From contig CAYXBQ010000003.1 of assembly GCA_964463375.1 (NCBI GenBank), positions 85,221-149,220 of the forward strand: DNA of 64,000 bases. Reading direction: 5' to 3'. Below the pieces are notes generated by a model. That model had not been told where the DNA came from, searched no databases, and worked only from the letters and a program-made list of their open reading frames with translations. The position numbers and the translations under genes were made by a program. The DNA is from an uncultured Ruminococcus sp. (GTDB lineage: Bacteria; Bacillota; Clostridia; Oscillospirales; CAG-272). Below, piece by piece: positions 48,441-57,309 of the stretch. Position 1 is the stretch's first letter. The number at the start of each line of letters is the position of its first letter.

Positions 48441-49202
48441 ATGAAAAAAACACTGCGTACCCCCATTTTACTGCTGCTCATGGGCACACTGCTGGTGTCC
48501 TGTTCCCCTAAGGAGAGTGTAAAGGAAAAACCCAAGCCGGGCTATCCCTCTCTGGGCGTGGGTCGGCCTACACAAGCGGAACCGATCGAGGACAATGGCA
48601 TCACCATATGTGTCGATCCGGGACACGGCTTCGATGACGTGGGTTGCTCCAGCGACTATCTGACGGATGGCAGGGAAGAAAAAGATATGACCCTGCTGTA
48701 CGCCAAGGCACTGGCCGAAAAGCTGGAGACCATGGGCTATACCGTGATTCTGTCCCATGACGGCGAATCCTTTCCGCAGACATATAACTTCAATGACAAT
48801 AATATTTTCAGTGTGGATGAACGAGCCGCCTACGTCAATTCTTTGGACGTAGACTATTTCGTATCCCTGCACTGTGATACCTTCGACGAAGACGACTCCG
48901 TGGGCGGGATCCGGGTATATTACTACGATTCCGAGGTGAAGACCGATACCTTTTCCGATGCCGTCGCCAATTCCATCAGTGCCTATCTGGCCAAGGAATT
49001 CCCGGAGGAAAAGGCTCCCAGCGTCCACGACAACCAGTCCTATGCGGTGCTGCGGGAGACCACCATGGCAGCGTCTCTGATCGAGATCGGCTTTATCTCC
49101 AACGAGAACGATGCCGTACATATCCAGGATCCCGCCTGGCAGGAGAAATTCATAAACGGTGTGGCTGCCGGGATCAACGGGTATTTCTCACTTTACCAAT
49201 GA
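48441..49202 (+). CDS. N-acetylmuramoyl-L-alanine amidase (Amidase_3) lipoprotein
   Basis: Lipobox LVSC, VDPGHG, EKD, FVSLHCD, AVLR...LIEIGFISN. Confidence 0.92.
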   Translation: MKKTLRTPILLLLMGTLLVSCSPKESVKEKPKPGYPSLGVGRPTQAEPIEDNGITICVDPGHGFDDVGCSSDYLTDGREEKDMTLLYAKALAEKLETMGYTVILSHDGESFPQTYNFNDNNIFSVDERAAYVNSLDVDYFVSLHCDTFDEDDSVGGIRVYYYDSEVKTDTFSDAVANSISAYLAKEFPEEKAPSVHDNQSYAVLRETTMAASLIEIGFISNENDAVHIQDPAWQEKFINGVAAGINGYFSLYQ

Positions 49203-49214
49203 CGAGGCAGTATT

Positions 49215-50174
49215 ATGCTTACCAATCTGCTCTACAGCATCAACGCCGTTTTCCCCATATTTATCTTAGTGATCTTAGGCTACCTGCTGCGGCGTTTCAA
49301 CTTTATCACAGACGAATTCTGTGACGTGTCGGAACGGGTGGTGTTCAAGATCGCCCTGCCCATCATGCTGTTTCTGGATGTGGCCGGTTCGTCGCTGGAG
49401 GTGATCGGCGACATGCGGCTGATCTGGTTCTGCGTGACCACGGTGACGACAGCCTTTGTGCTGGTCAGCGTGTTTGCTCAGCTTTGCATCCGGGACAGAA
49501 GCAAGCGGGGTGCCTTTATCCAAGGGGCCTGCCGCTCCAATTTTGCCATACTGGGCGTGCCGATCGCCGAGAATATGTTCGGTTCCATCGGAGCGCAGAC
49601 CATTGCCATCGTCATGCCCTTTGTGATCCTCATGTTCAATGCCTATTCCGTGGTGATCCTGACCCTGTTCTCCGACGACGAGAACACCAAGCTGGACAAA
49701 AAACGGGTGCTGGGTATTCTGAAAAACATCGTGACCAATCCGCTGATCATCGGTGTGGTGCTGGGATTTTTGGTCATGCTGCTTCCGTGGGAGCTGCCGG
49801 TGATTGCGAACAAGAGCCTGAACTACTTAAGCGACCTGTGTACCCCGCTGGCGCTCATGAGTCTGGGTGCCAACTTCAAGCCTGCCAACCTGAAGGGAAG
49901 AGTGGGCTATGCCATCGGCTCCTCGCTGTGTAAAACGGTGCTTTTGCCGGGGATCATGGTGACGCTGGCGGCACTGCTGGGGTTCCGGGACGTGGCACTG
50001 GGCGTGATCCTGATCCTGTTTGGTGCACCCACCGCCGTATCCAGCTACATCATGGCAAAGAAAATGCACAACGATGGGGAGCTGGCGGCACAGATCCTGC
50101 TGCTGACCACACTGCTGTGTATCTTCACCATATTCATCGGGATATTCATCCTGAAAACATTGCAACTGATATAA
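49215..50174 (+). CDS. AEC family transporter
   Basis: VFKIALP, RSNFAILGVP, NPLIIG, PLALMSLG, PTAVSSY. Confidence 0.92.
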   Translation: MLTNLLYSINAVFPIFILVILGYLLRRFNFITDEFCDVSERVVFKIALPIMLFLDVAGSSLEVIGDMRLIWFCVTTVTTAFVLVSVFAQLCIRDRSKRGAFIQGACRSNFAILGVPIAENMFGSIGAQTIAIVMPFVILMFNAYSVVILTLFSDDENTKLDKKRVLGILKNIVTNPLIIGVVLGFLVMLLPWELPVIANKSLNYLSDLCTPLALMSLGANFKPANLKGRVGYAIGSSLCKTVLLPGIMVTLAALLGFRDVALGVILILFGAPTAVSSYIMAKKMHNDGELAAQILLLTTLLCIFTIFIGIFILKTLQLI

Positions 50175-50195
50175 AATTATAAGGAGACAATAGAT

Positions 50196-51239
50196 ATGAT
50201 CAATCTGGAAAAAGAGATCCGGGAACAGCCTGCCGCTCTGGCCAATGTGCTGCCCGCCAACATGGACACCATCGATGCCATCGTAAAGGAAGCAAAGGAC
50301 GCCGGTGTGTCCAGCATCTACTTCGCCGCAAGAGGTACCTCTGACCACGCATGCGTATATGCACAGTACCTGTTCGCCATCCTGGCCGGGATCCCCTGCA
50401 CCCTGGGTACGCCCTCCGTATTCACCAAGTACGGTGCTAAGGTGAACCTGAAGGGTATGCTGGTCATCGGCGTGTCCCAGTCCGGTAAGGCTGAGGACGT
50501 GCTGGCTGTGCTGGAATCCGCCAATGCCGACGGTGCCATCACCGTAGCTGTGACCAACAACACCGAATCCCCCATGGCAAAGACCGCCAAGTACCACCTG
50601 TTCTGCGACTGCGGTTTCGAAGCCAGCATCGCCGCTACCAAGACCTTCACCACCCAGATGATGCTGCTGGCAGGTCTGGCTGCCAAGTTCGCCGGTAACG
50701 AATGCTTCCTGCAGAACCTGATGGAAAATGTTCCTGCCGCTGTGGGCAAGTTCATGGACGAGACCGTTCCCGCCGTGGAAGCACTGGCTGAAAAGTACCA
50801 GAACATCCCCGGTGCCATCATCCTGGGTCGTGGTATCTCCTACCCCATCGCACTGGAAGGCGCTCTGAAGATGCTGGAGACCAACAAGCTGAAGATGAAG
50901 GGCTATCCCACCTCCGACTTCCACCATGGTCCTATCGCCCAGGTGAAGAAGGGCGACCTGGTGTTCGTGCTGTCTCCCAAGGGTGCTACCGACGGCGACT
51001 CCCGTGACATCATCGAAAAGCTGCTGAAGGAAGAAGCAGACGTGCTGGTGGTGACCAACGACGAATCTCAGATCCTGCCCGGCACCCATGGTATCGTCGT
51101 ACCCTGCACCGGCAACGAGCTGACCTCTCCCTTCGTGAACGTGCTGGTATTCCAGATGCTGGCTTGCAAGATGACCATCATCCGTGGCATCGACCCCGAC
51201 AAGGCCGGCACCATCAACAAGATCACCATCACCAAGTAA
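50196..51239 (+). CDS. Double-SIS domain protein (GlmS C-terminal-like; probable isomerising hexosamine-6-P deaminase)
   Basis: EIREQP, ARGTS, SQSG, ATKTFT, EGALKMLE, HGP, RGIDPD...KIT. No glutaminase domain. Confidence 0.88.
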   Translation: MINLEKEIREQPAALANVLPANMDTIDAIVKEAKDAGVSSIYFAARGTSDHACVYAQYLFAILAGIPCTLGTPSVFTKYGAKVNLKGMLVIGVSQSGKAEDVLAVLESANADGAITVAVTNNTESPMAKTAKYHLFCDCGFEASIAATKTFTTQMMLLAGLAAKFAGNECFLQNLMENVPAAVGKFMDETVPAVEALAEKYQNIPGAIILGRGISYPIALEGALKMLETNKLKMKGYPTSDFHHGPIAQVKKGDLVFVLSPKGATDGDSRDIIEKLLKEEADVLVVTNDESQILPGTHGIVVPCTGNELTSPFVNVLVFQMLACKMTIIRGIDPDKAGTINKITITK

Positions 51240-51251
51240 TATCTGCCAAAC

Positions 51252-51288
51252 AAAAAAGCATCAGCAAAACAAGGCTGGTGCTTTTTTT
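51252..51288. terminator. Bidirectional intrinsic terminator
   Basis: AAAAAAGCATCAGC / GCTGGTGCTTTTTT. Confidence 0.85.
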
Positions 51289-51311
51289 GTATCAAAAAGG
51301 GTTTCCATGCA

Positions 51312-53999
51312 CTATCGCTTTTGTACCAAAGACCGTTTTTTCTCCACCCATTTCCGCAGCGCATCCGCAGGCAGCACCGTCCACGACAATAGCCAGCACC
51401 ACAGCAGCGTCTCGCCGGAAAGCGGCACTGTGTGAAATATGCTGCCACCAAAATAGACGATCAACAGCTGGATCATGGCGACCGCCGGCAGGATCACAAG
51501 AAACGCCCGATTCTGCCCCAGTCCCGCCGTGAACCGGATCCGTGGTGTCCGTACCGTGAAGGCAAAATGTACCCCACAGAACACGAACAGCGCAAAGAAC
51601 ACCGTGAGAAAAATATCCATATCTCCATGCCCCAGCCGATACCAGGCTAAGGAGGACGTGAGAAAGCCTACGCACAACGCAATGGTATAGCCGGCCGAAA
51701 GCAGGATCTGCCGCACCATGTCCCCGGTCACAATGGGTTCGTTTCGGCCAATGGGAGCCGCACGCATATATGCCGGCAGCGGTGCTTCTCCCGCAAAGGC
51801 AAGAGAACCCAGCGTATCCATGATGATGTTGACCCAAAGCATCTGGATCACCGTCACCGGATGCTCAAAGCCCAGAAGCGGCCCCAGCAGCGATACACCG
51901 ACCGCCGAAAGATTCATGATCAGCTGGAATACGATGAACTTCCGTATGCTCTGGAAGATCGTGCGGCCAAAGAGGACGGCCTTGCCAATGGAGACAAAGT
52001 TGTCGTCCGTGATCACAATGTCCCCGGCTTCTCGAGCTACATCGGTGCCGCTGCCCATGGCAAAGCCCACATCCGCTGCCTTCAGTGCCGGTGCATCGTT
52101 GATCCCATCCCCCGTCATGCCCACCACGTGCCCGCAACGCTGTGCCGCCCGCACCAAACGACTTTTGTCGGTAGGTGTGACTCGAGAGATGATCCGCACC
52201 TGTGGCAGGATGGCAGTGAGCTGCTCCTCCGACAACCGGGATAGCTCCTGCCCACGAAGCACCAGCTGCTCCCCGTACCGCAGTGCCATAGCCGGATCGT
52301 AGAGCTTCCAGTCCGGCGAAAGGATCCCGGTGCGCTGACCAATGGCGGCCGCTGTCCATTCGTTGTCCCCGGTCAGCATCACCACCTGGATCCCCGCCAC
52401 TTGACACGCCGCTACCGCCGACTCCACCTGCGGCCGGATCTCATCCTGCAAGACCCAAAGCACCGTGAAGCATAGGGAAATGGGCTCCCCCTTTTCCAGC
52501 TGCTCAAACTGCTCCGGCGAAAACTGCCCCTGCAGCAGTACCCGCCCACAATGGGAAGCCGCATCCCGAATGGCCTCCTGCAAAGCCTGCCGTTGCGCCG
52601 GATCCATGGTGCGTACCTGCCCCTGTGCATCCAGCCAGGTGTGGCAGAAGGGCAGCAGCAGCTCCGCAGCCCCTCGGATACAGCCCATGTTGCGGTCACA
52701 GCCTGCGCTGTATTTCCGGCTGGAATCAAAGAGGATCTGCCGCAGTGGCCGCACATCGGTGCTTTTTGTTCGGTGCAAAAACCGCCCGATCGCCGCCTCC
52801 GTAGGATTGCCACTGCCACCACATAGTGCATCGCCCACCACGCAGGAGTGCCGCAGTAGATCGGGCAGCCCATCCATAGCCGTGTATATCCCATCCCCTG
52901 TGTGTACGGCCGAAACGGTGAGCTTGCCGGTGGTCAGCGTGCCGGTCTTGTCGGTGAACAGCATACTGAGACTGCCCGCCGTTTCGATCCCCACCAGCTT
53001 GCGCACCAGCACGCCGTTTTTCATCATCTTCCGCATGTTGGACGACAGCACCACCGTGATCATCATGGGCAGCCCCTCCGGCACCGCCACCACCAAAATG
53101 GAGATCGCCATGGTGATGGCAGAAAGGCATTCCGACCAAACAAAGGGTAGATCCTGCAGCCGTGTCCACATGATGGAGAGATTTCTGCCGGAATCTAAGT
53201 AAAATGCTTGAAAGAGATGGGCCAGTGCCACGCAAAAGGCCGACACATACCCGATCCGGCTGATGCTGCGTGCCAGATGGGTCAGCCGCTCCTTCAAGGG
53301 ACTGGGCAGCTCGGCCGATTGCAGCTGGGATGCCACCTGCCCATAGACCGTGTGATCCCCCACCGCAAGCAGCTGCATCACCCCACTGCCGCTGCAAACT
53401 GCACTGCCACGGAACAGCCCATGGGGATCCTCCAGCGAAAGCACCTGCGCCGGATCTACCACACCATCGATGGCCGTTTTGTCTACCGGACTGCTTTCTC
53501 CCGTGAGCGAGGAGGCATCCACCTGTAGCTTGCCCCCCAGCAAGACCCCGTCCGCCGGTACGATGTCCCCCGGATGGAGCAGCACGAGGTCGCCACACAC
53601 CAGATCCCCAATGGCAACCACCGTGTCCCGCCCATCCCGCCGCACCGTATACGTCCGCTCGCCCAGCACCGCATACAGCTTCACAAAGGCCTTGCCGCTG
53701 CTGTATTCGGAGATCGTGGAGACGAAAGCGGAAATGCATATAGCCAGTGCGATCCCGCCGCATTCGTACCAGTCCACATCGGGGAAGAGAAAAAGAACGT
53801 TGATCCCCAGTGCGCCGATCAGGATCCGGATGATGGGATCGTTTAGATTGCGAAAAAACTGCGTGAGAAACCCCGGTGTCTTCTGCTGGGTGATCCGGTT
53901 GTCCCCCTGCTTTTGTCGGGATCGGAGCACCTCCTCCTGGGTCAGCCCGGAAAGCGTGGGCGATGTGGCAGTCACCGGTGGATTTTGTATCTGTATCAT
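51312..53999 (-). CDS. P-type II (Ca2+-type) cation-transporting ATPase
   Basis: LTGES, VPEGLP, DKTGTLT, MLTGDN, MTGDGINDAPAL, QMLWVNIIMD. Confidence 0.93.
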   Translation of the reverse strand: MIQIQNPPVTATSPTLSGLTQEEVLRSRQKQGDNRITQQKTPGFLTQFFRNLNDPIIRILIGALGINVLFLFPDVDWYECGGIALAICISAFVSTISEYSSGKAFVKLYAVLGERTYTVRRDGRDTVVAIGDLVCGDLVLLHPGDIVPADGVLLGGKLQVDASSLTGESSPVDKTAIDGVVDPAQVLSLEDPHGLFRGSAVCSGSGVMQLLAVGDHTVYGQVASQLQSAELPSPLKERLTHLARSISRIGYVSAFCVALAHLFQAFYLDSGRNLSIMWTRLQDLPFVWSECLSAITMAISILVVAVPEGLPMMITVVLSSNMRKMMKNGVLVRKLVGIETAGSLSMLFTDKTGTLTTGKLTVSAVHTGDGIYTAMDGLPDLLRHSCVVGDALCGGSGNPTEAAIGRFLHRTKSTDVRPLRQILFDSSRKYSAGCDRNMGCIRGAAELLLPFCHTWLDAQGQVRTMDPAQRQALQEAIRDAASHCGRVLLQGQFSPEQFEQLEKGEPISLCFTVLWVLQDEIRPQVESAVAACQVAGIQVVMLTGDNEWTAAAIGQRTGILSPDWKLYDPAMALRYGEQLVLRGQELSRLSEEQLTAILPQVRIISRVTPTDKSRLVRAAQRCGHVVGMTGDGINDAPALKAADVGFAMGSGTDVAREAGDIVITDDNFVSIGKAVLFGRTIFQSIRKFIVFQLIMNLSAVGVSLLGPLLGFEHPVTVIQMLWVNIIMDTLGSLAFAGEAPLPAYMRAAPIGRNEPIVTGDMVRQILLSAGYTIALCVGFLTSSLAWYRLGHGDMDIFLTVFFALFVFCGVHFAFTVRTPRIRFTAGLGQNRAFLVILPAVAMIQLLIVYFGGSIFHTVPLSGETLLWCWLLSWTVLPADALRKWVEKKRSLVQKR

Positions 54000-54064
54000 A
54001 CAAGGATCCTTTCTTTTTTTATGCAGGATCTTTCGGGGAAAAGGACAAATTTTCCGGGGAATAC

Positions 54065-54093
54065 TTGCATCCCGGCAGAAAACGTGGTATACT
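54065..54093 (+). promoter_or_regulatory. sigmaA promoter facing antisense into the DUF4830-like gene
   Basis: TTGCAT-17bp-TATACT with extended TG. No plus-strand gene until 54706. Confidence 0.65.
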
Positions 54094-54111
54094 TATATTG
54101 ACGTACAAGCG

Positions 54112-54615
54112 TCATGCCGGTGTCTCACTGCCGGGATACGTAAAGCCACGGATGAACCCGGTCACATCGGAGGAGCAAATGTCCCCGCCAATGACCCGCT
54201 TTTTGTACACGATCACGTTGGCATATACAGTTCCGTTGTAATCCGGATAATTCGTGACCCGGAACGTGTACCGCACCACATCCTTGTCCTTGTACCGGGA
54301 TAGATCCAGCCCCTGCCGCTTTTGCAGCTCGTTGTAGGCGTTCATCACCTTGTCGAACTGGGTAGGGATCCGGATCTCCAGCGTTTCCAGCGGCTTCTCC
54401 TCCACTGTCCAGCCGAACTGGGTCAGGAAGGAGACCACATCTGCCTCTGTTTTGATCTTGTCGTAGGAATATTTGGCATTGGTCGCCGCAATGGCTGCCG
54501 TGGCCGCTGGCTCATAGGCCGGCACAAAGATCACCAACAAACACAGTGCCAGCACCGCCGCCCCAATGACCCCGATGAATTTCAGCGTATTTGCCCGAAC
54601 CGTATAGATAAACAT
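54112..54615 (-). CDS. DUF4830-like single-TM protein (probably sporulation-associated)
   Basis: GGAGG SD. FLTQFGW...IPTQFDKV...YNELQKRQGLDLSRYK...RYTF.VTNYP...VIGGDICS. Confidence 0.8.
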   Translation of the reverse strand: MFIYTVRANTLKFIGVIGAAVLALCLLVIFVPAYEPAATAAIAATNAKYSYDKIKTEADVVSFLTQFGWTVEEKPLETLEIRIPTQFDKVMNAYNELQKRQGLDLSRYKDKDVVRYTFRVTNYPDYNGTVYANVIVYKKRVIGGDICSSDVTGFIRGFTYPGSETPA

Positions 54616-54648
54616 ATAAAACCTCCTGTTCCACCTATTGGCTGGTAC

Positions 54649-54677
54649 AGTATACGGGACGGGCGGCGCAGATATAC
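54649..54677 (-). promoter_or_regulatory. Possible sigmaE-type sporulation promoter
   Basis: GTATATC-14bp-CGTATACT resembles the B. subtilis sigmaE consensus (xxATAxx-14-CATAcaxT). Confidence 0.4.
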
Positions 54678-54705
54678 CCATTTTTTCCCATAGGAGGAAT
54701 CCCAT

Positions 54706-56034
54706 ATGCAGTTTTGTTTTTCCAATCCCCAGATCCAGACCCTGCTGGACAGTGCCATACACGCCTGCCCCTGTGGTAAGACCCATACCTTAGAGACCAC
54801 CGACTGCGTGATCACCGAGAATGCTGCCGCTATGCTGGCGGAGTACGTCCGGACCTATACCCACCCCGTGATCTTCTGTGATACCAATACCGAGGTGTTT
54901 GCGAAGGCGTTGCCGTGCTATAGCAGTGTCGATTGCCTGGTGTTCCCCGGAAATGCCCACGCTACCGAGATCCATACCGGTACGGGAGACGCTTTCATCG
55001 CCGAGAAAAAGCCCGATGTGCTGATCGCCTGCGGTTCCGGCTCCCTCCATGACATCACCCGTTTCTGCGCCAATACCGCCGGTCTGCCCTTTGTGTCCTA
55101 TCCCACTGCCGCCAGCGTAGACGGCTTTATGTCCGGGATCGCCGCTATGACCTGGCACGGCCGCAAGGTATCGTTCCCGTCCACGCCGCCCATCGCCGTG
55201 TTTGCGGATCCCCGTATCAGTGCCAACGCACCGGCTCGCCTGACCGCCTCCGGTGTTGGGGACGTGCTGGGGAAGTACATCTCCCTGTTCGATTGGCACT
55301 TAGCGCATCTGTTGATCGACGAATACGAATGCCCCAATATCGTAGCCCTGACCGAAGCCGCTGTGGCCGGTGTGCTGGATGCCCTGCAAAATAAGGATAC
55401 GATCACCACCTTAGACTACACCTGCCGTGTGCTGGAGGCACTTTTGGTATCCGGTCTGGCTATGCAGCTCACCGGCAACTCCCGCCCCGCTTCCGCCGCC
55501 GAACACCATATGTCCCATATGTGGGAAATGGCGCTGATCAACGAGAAGACCACGGCCCTCCACGGAGAACAGGTGGCCGTTGGTACTCTGACCGCCATGG
55601 ACGTGTATAAGGCTGCCCTGGAAAAAGGACTGGACTGGGATACCATTGGCAAGCTGGATATGGACAAGATCTTCAACGAAGCCGAGATCCGTGCCGCATA
55701 CAAGGACATCACCCCCGGTATCCTGAAGGAAAACAGCCCCGACGGCACCGTAGCCTCCTGCAGCCTGAGCCTGCTCCACGTGACCGATCCGGTGGAGACG
55801 GAAGAAAAGATCCGGAAGCTGTTTGCCGCTCTGCCCGATGCTGCCTACCTGCGTGCCCTGGCCGAAAAAGCCGGCTGCACCACCACCATGACCGAGATCG
55901 GTCTGCCGGAGGACCCTGCATTCCTTGCCAAGTCCCTACGGTACGCACCGTATATCCGCAACCGCCTGACCCTGCTCAAGATCCTCTCTGCCTGCGAGGT
56001 CATGCAGGACCCCCACTGGGGAACAAATCACTAA
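54706..56034 (+). CDS. egsA: sn-glycerol-1-phosphate dehydrogenase (AraM/EgsA-like)
   Basis: CPCGKTH, GSGSLHDITR, PTAASVDG, SGVGDVLGKY, SRPASAAEHH.SH.WEM, LHGEQV, IRNRLT. Confidence 0.88.
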   Translation: MQFCFSNPQIQTLLDSAIHACPCGKTHTLETTDCVITENAAAMLAEYVRTYTHPVIFCDTNTEVFAKALPCYSSVDCLVFPGNAHATEIHTGTGDAFIAEKKPDVLIACGSGSLHDITRFCANTAGLPFVSYPTAASVDGFMSGIAAMTWHGRKVSFPSTPPIAVFADPRISANAPARLTASGVGDVLGKYISLFDWHLAHLLIDEYECPNIVALTEAAVAGVLDALQNKDTITTLDYTCRVLEALLVSGLAMQLTGNSRPASAAEHHMSHMWEMALINEKTTALHGEQVAVGTLTAMDVYKAALEKGLDWDTIGKLDMDKIFNEAEIRAAYKDITPGILKENSPDGTVASCSLSLLHVTDPVETEEKIRKLFAALPDAAYLRALAEKAGCTTTMTEIGLPEDPAFLAKSLRYAPYIRNRLTLLKILSACEVMQDPHWGTNH

Positions 56035-56092
56035 AGGAGGAAAACATACACGCTGTCCGTATCCCAAAAGGCGGCAGTGTAGAAAATCTGTC

Positions 56093-57211
56093 ATGCTTTG
56101 CTATGTATTTCAAACAGATGGGCAGCTGCTGTGTTATTTTCCGTTAGAGGCGGATACCCCCGCAGCGGTGGAGGATGCAGATCGACAGGCACGACAAGAG
56201 GCGTTTTATAGCCATCTATCCCCGGAAGAGCGAAAGCAGTTTATGGCCTTTTGCAAGGGCAACGGGAAGAAATGCCGTCTGGATACAGCATTGCTGGCCA
56301 ACTTTTTGCAAGAACCGGAGACAGCCCTGTTTGCCGAACGCTATGGTCGCTCCCGGATCCCGCTGCAATACCCCAACGGCCTGCTGCTCCAGCTGGTGGA
56401 TCGATCCATTTTAAGTGCTATGAACACGCAGTATAAAAGCAAGGATGCGCTGATCCTGACCCTACTCCAGCATACGCCCACTACCCAGATCCGACTGGAT
56501 ACGCTGCTGTTGGGGAACACCTCCCATGTGGTGCGTTACCTGTTGAATATAACGGAGCAGGTCTATGAGCCGGAGCAGGCGGTGCCGGTGCCCGCACTGT
56601 GTGCCTATCGCCAAAATAGAGACGGATATATCACAGAGGAAGCACTGGATATGGTGGGCATCGTGTTGTTTTTGGCACAGGAAATGCCAAAGCTGCCGAT
56701 GTTCAATACGATCCAGATCTGTTGTGACAAGGAGCTCCAGCAGCTACAGAACATTTGGGTCGCCGGGAAGCATTCGCTGTTTTTGTATATTTATGTGCTG
56801 CTTACCTATTTTGTGAGCATCGTTTCCCAACAGTACAGATCCCATATGACCGTCGAGCCCAGTGGCGACAAAGTCTGCCTTCGTGTGTACGGTACCATCC
56901 CCCGGCAGCTGGGTTCGGTCGAGACCACCAGCGATATAGACCCGCTGATCCGGCAGTTCCCGGTCGGCCGTGGCTTGCTGCTGATGCTGCACTGGCTGCT
57001 GGTGCGGAATGGCATGCCCCATACATACCAGATCGCAGAAACCGAACAGGAGAAGCATCGGTTGGAGGTGTGCCTGTATTTTGACCCGATCCCCCAGGAT
57101 GAGATCGTATTTCGACATCCCACCGATCCAAACGCATGGGCTACGTACCTGCCGGAAACGGAGCTGCTATTGTTTCTGCTGCTGTCTGGCGGCGATGTAC
57201 CGGAGTTGTGA
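56093..57211 (+). CDS. Hypothetical protein, possible degenerate HATPase_c (GHKL) C-terminal domain
   Basis: 372-aa ORF filling the gap before a terminator. Secondary-structure pattern resembles a histidine-kinase CA domain without N/D/G boxes. Start uncertain. Confidence 0.6.
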   Translation: MLCYVFQTDGQLLCYFPLEADTPAAVEDADRQARQEAFYSHLSPEERKQFMAFCKGNGKKCRLDTALLANFLQEPETALFAERYGRSRIPLQYPNGLLLQLVDRSILSAMNTQYKSKDALILTLLQHTPTTQIRLDTLLLGNTSHVVRYLLNITEQVYEPEQAVPVPALCAYRQNRDGYITEEALDMVGIVLFLAQEMPKLPMFNTIQICCDKELQQLQNIWVAGKHSLFLYIYVLLTYFVSIVSQQYRSHMTVEPSGDKVCLRVYGTIPRQLGSVETTSDIDPLIRQFPVGRGLLLMLHWLLVRNGMPHTYQIAETEQEKHRLEVCLYFDPIPQDEIVFRHPTDPNAWATYLPETELLLFLLLSGGDVPEL

Positions 57212-57232
57212 CCGTTCATAACAAAAAACATA

Positions 57233-57294
57233 AAAATGAGACTGTCTCCCGGAAGAGAGGGCGTACCCATTTTCCGAAAGAGCAGTCTCATTTT
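57233..57294. terminator. Bidirectional terminator-like hairpin
   Basis: AAAATGAGACTGT / GCAGTCTCATTTT. Confidence 0.75.
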
Positions 57295-57309
57295 CTTGTG
57301 GCTATGGCA

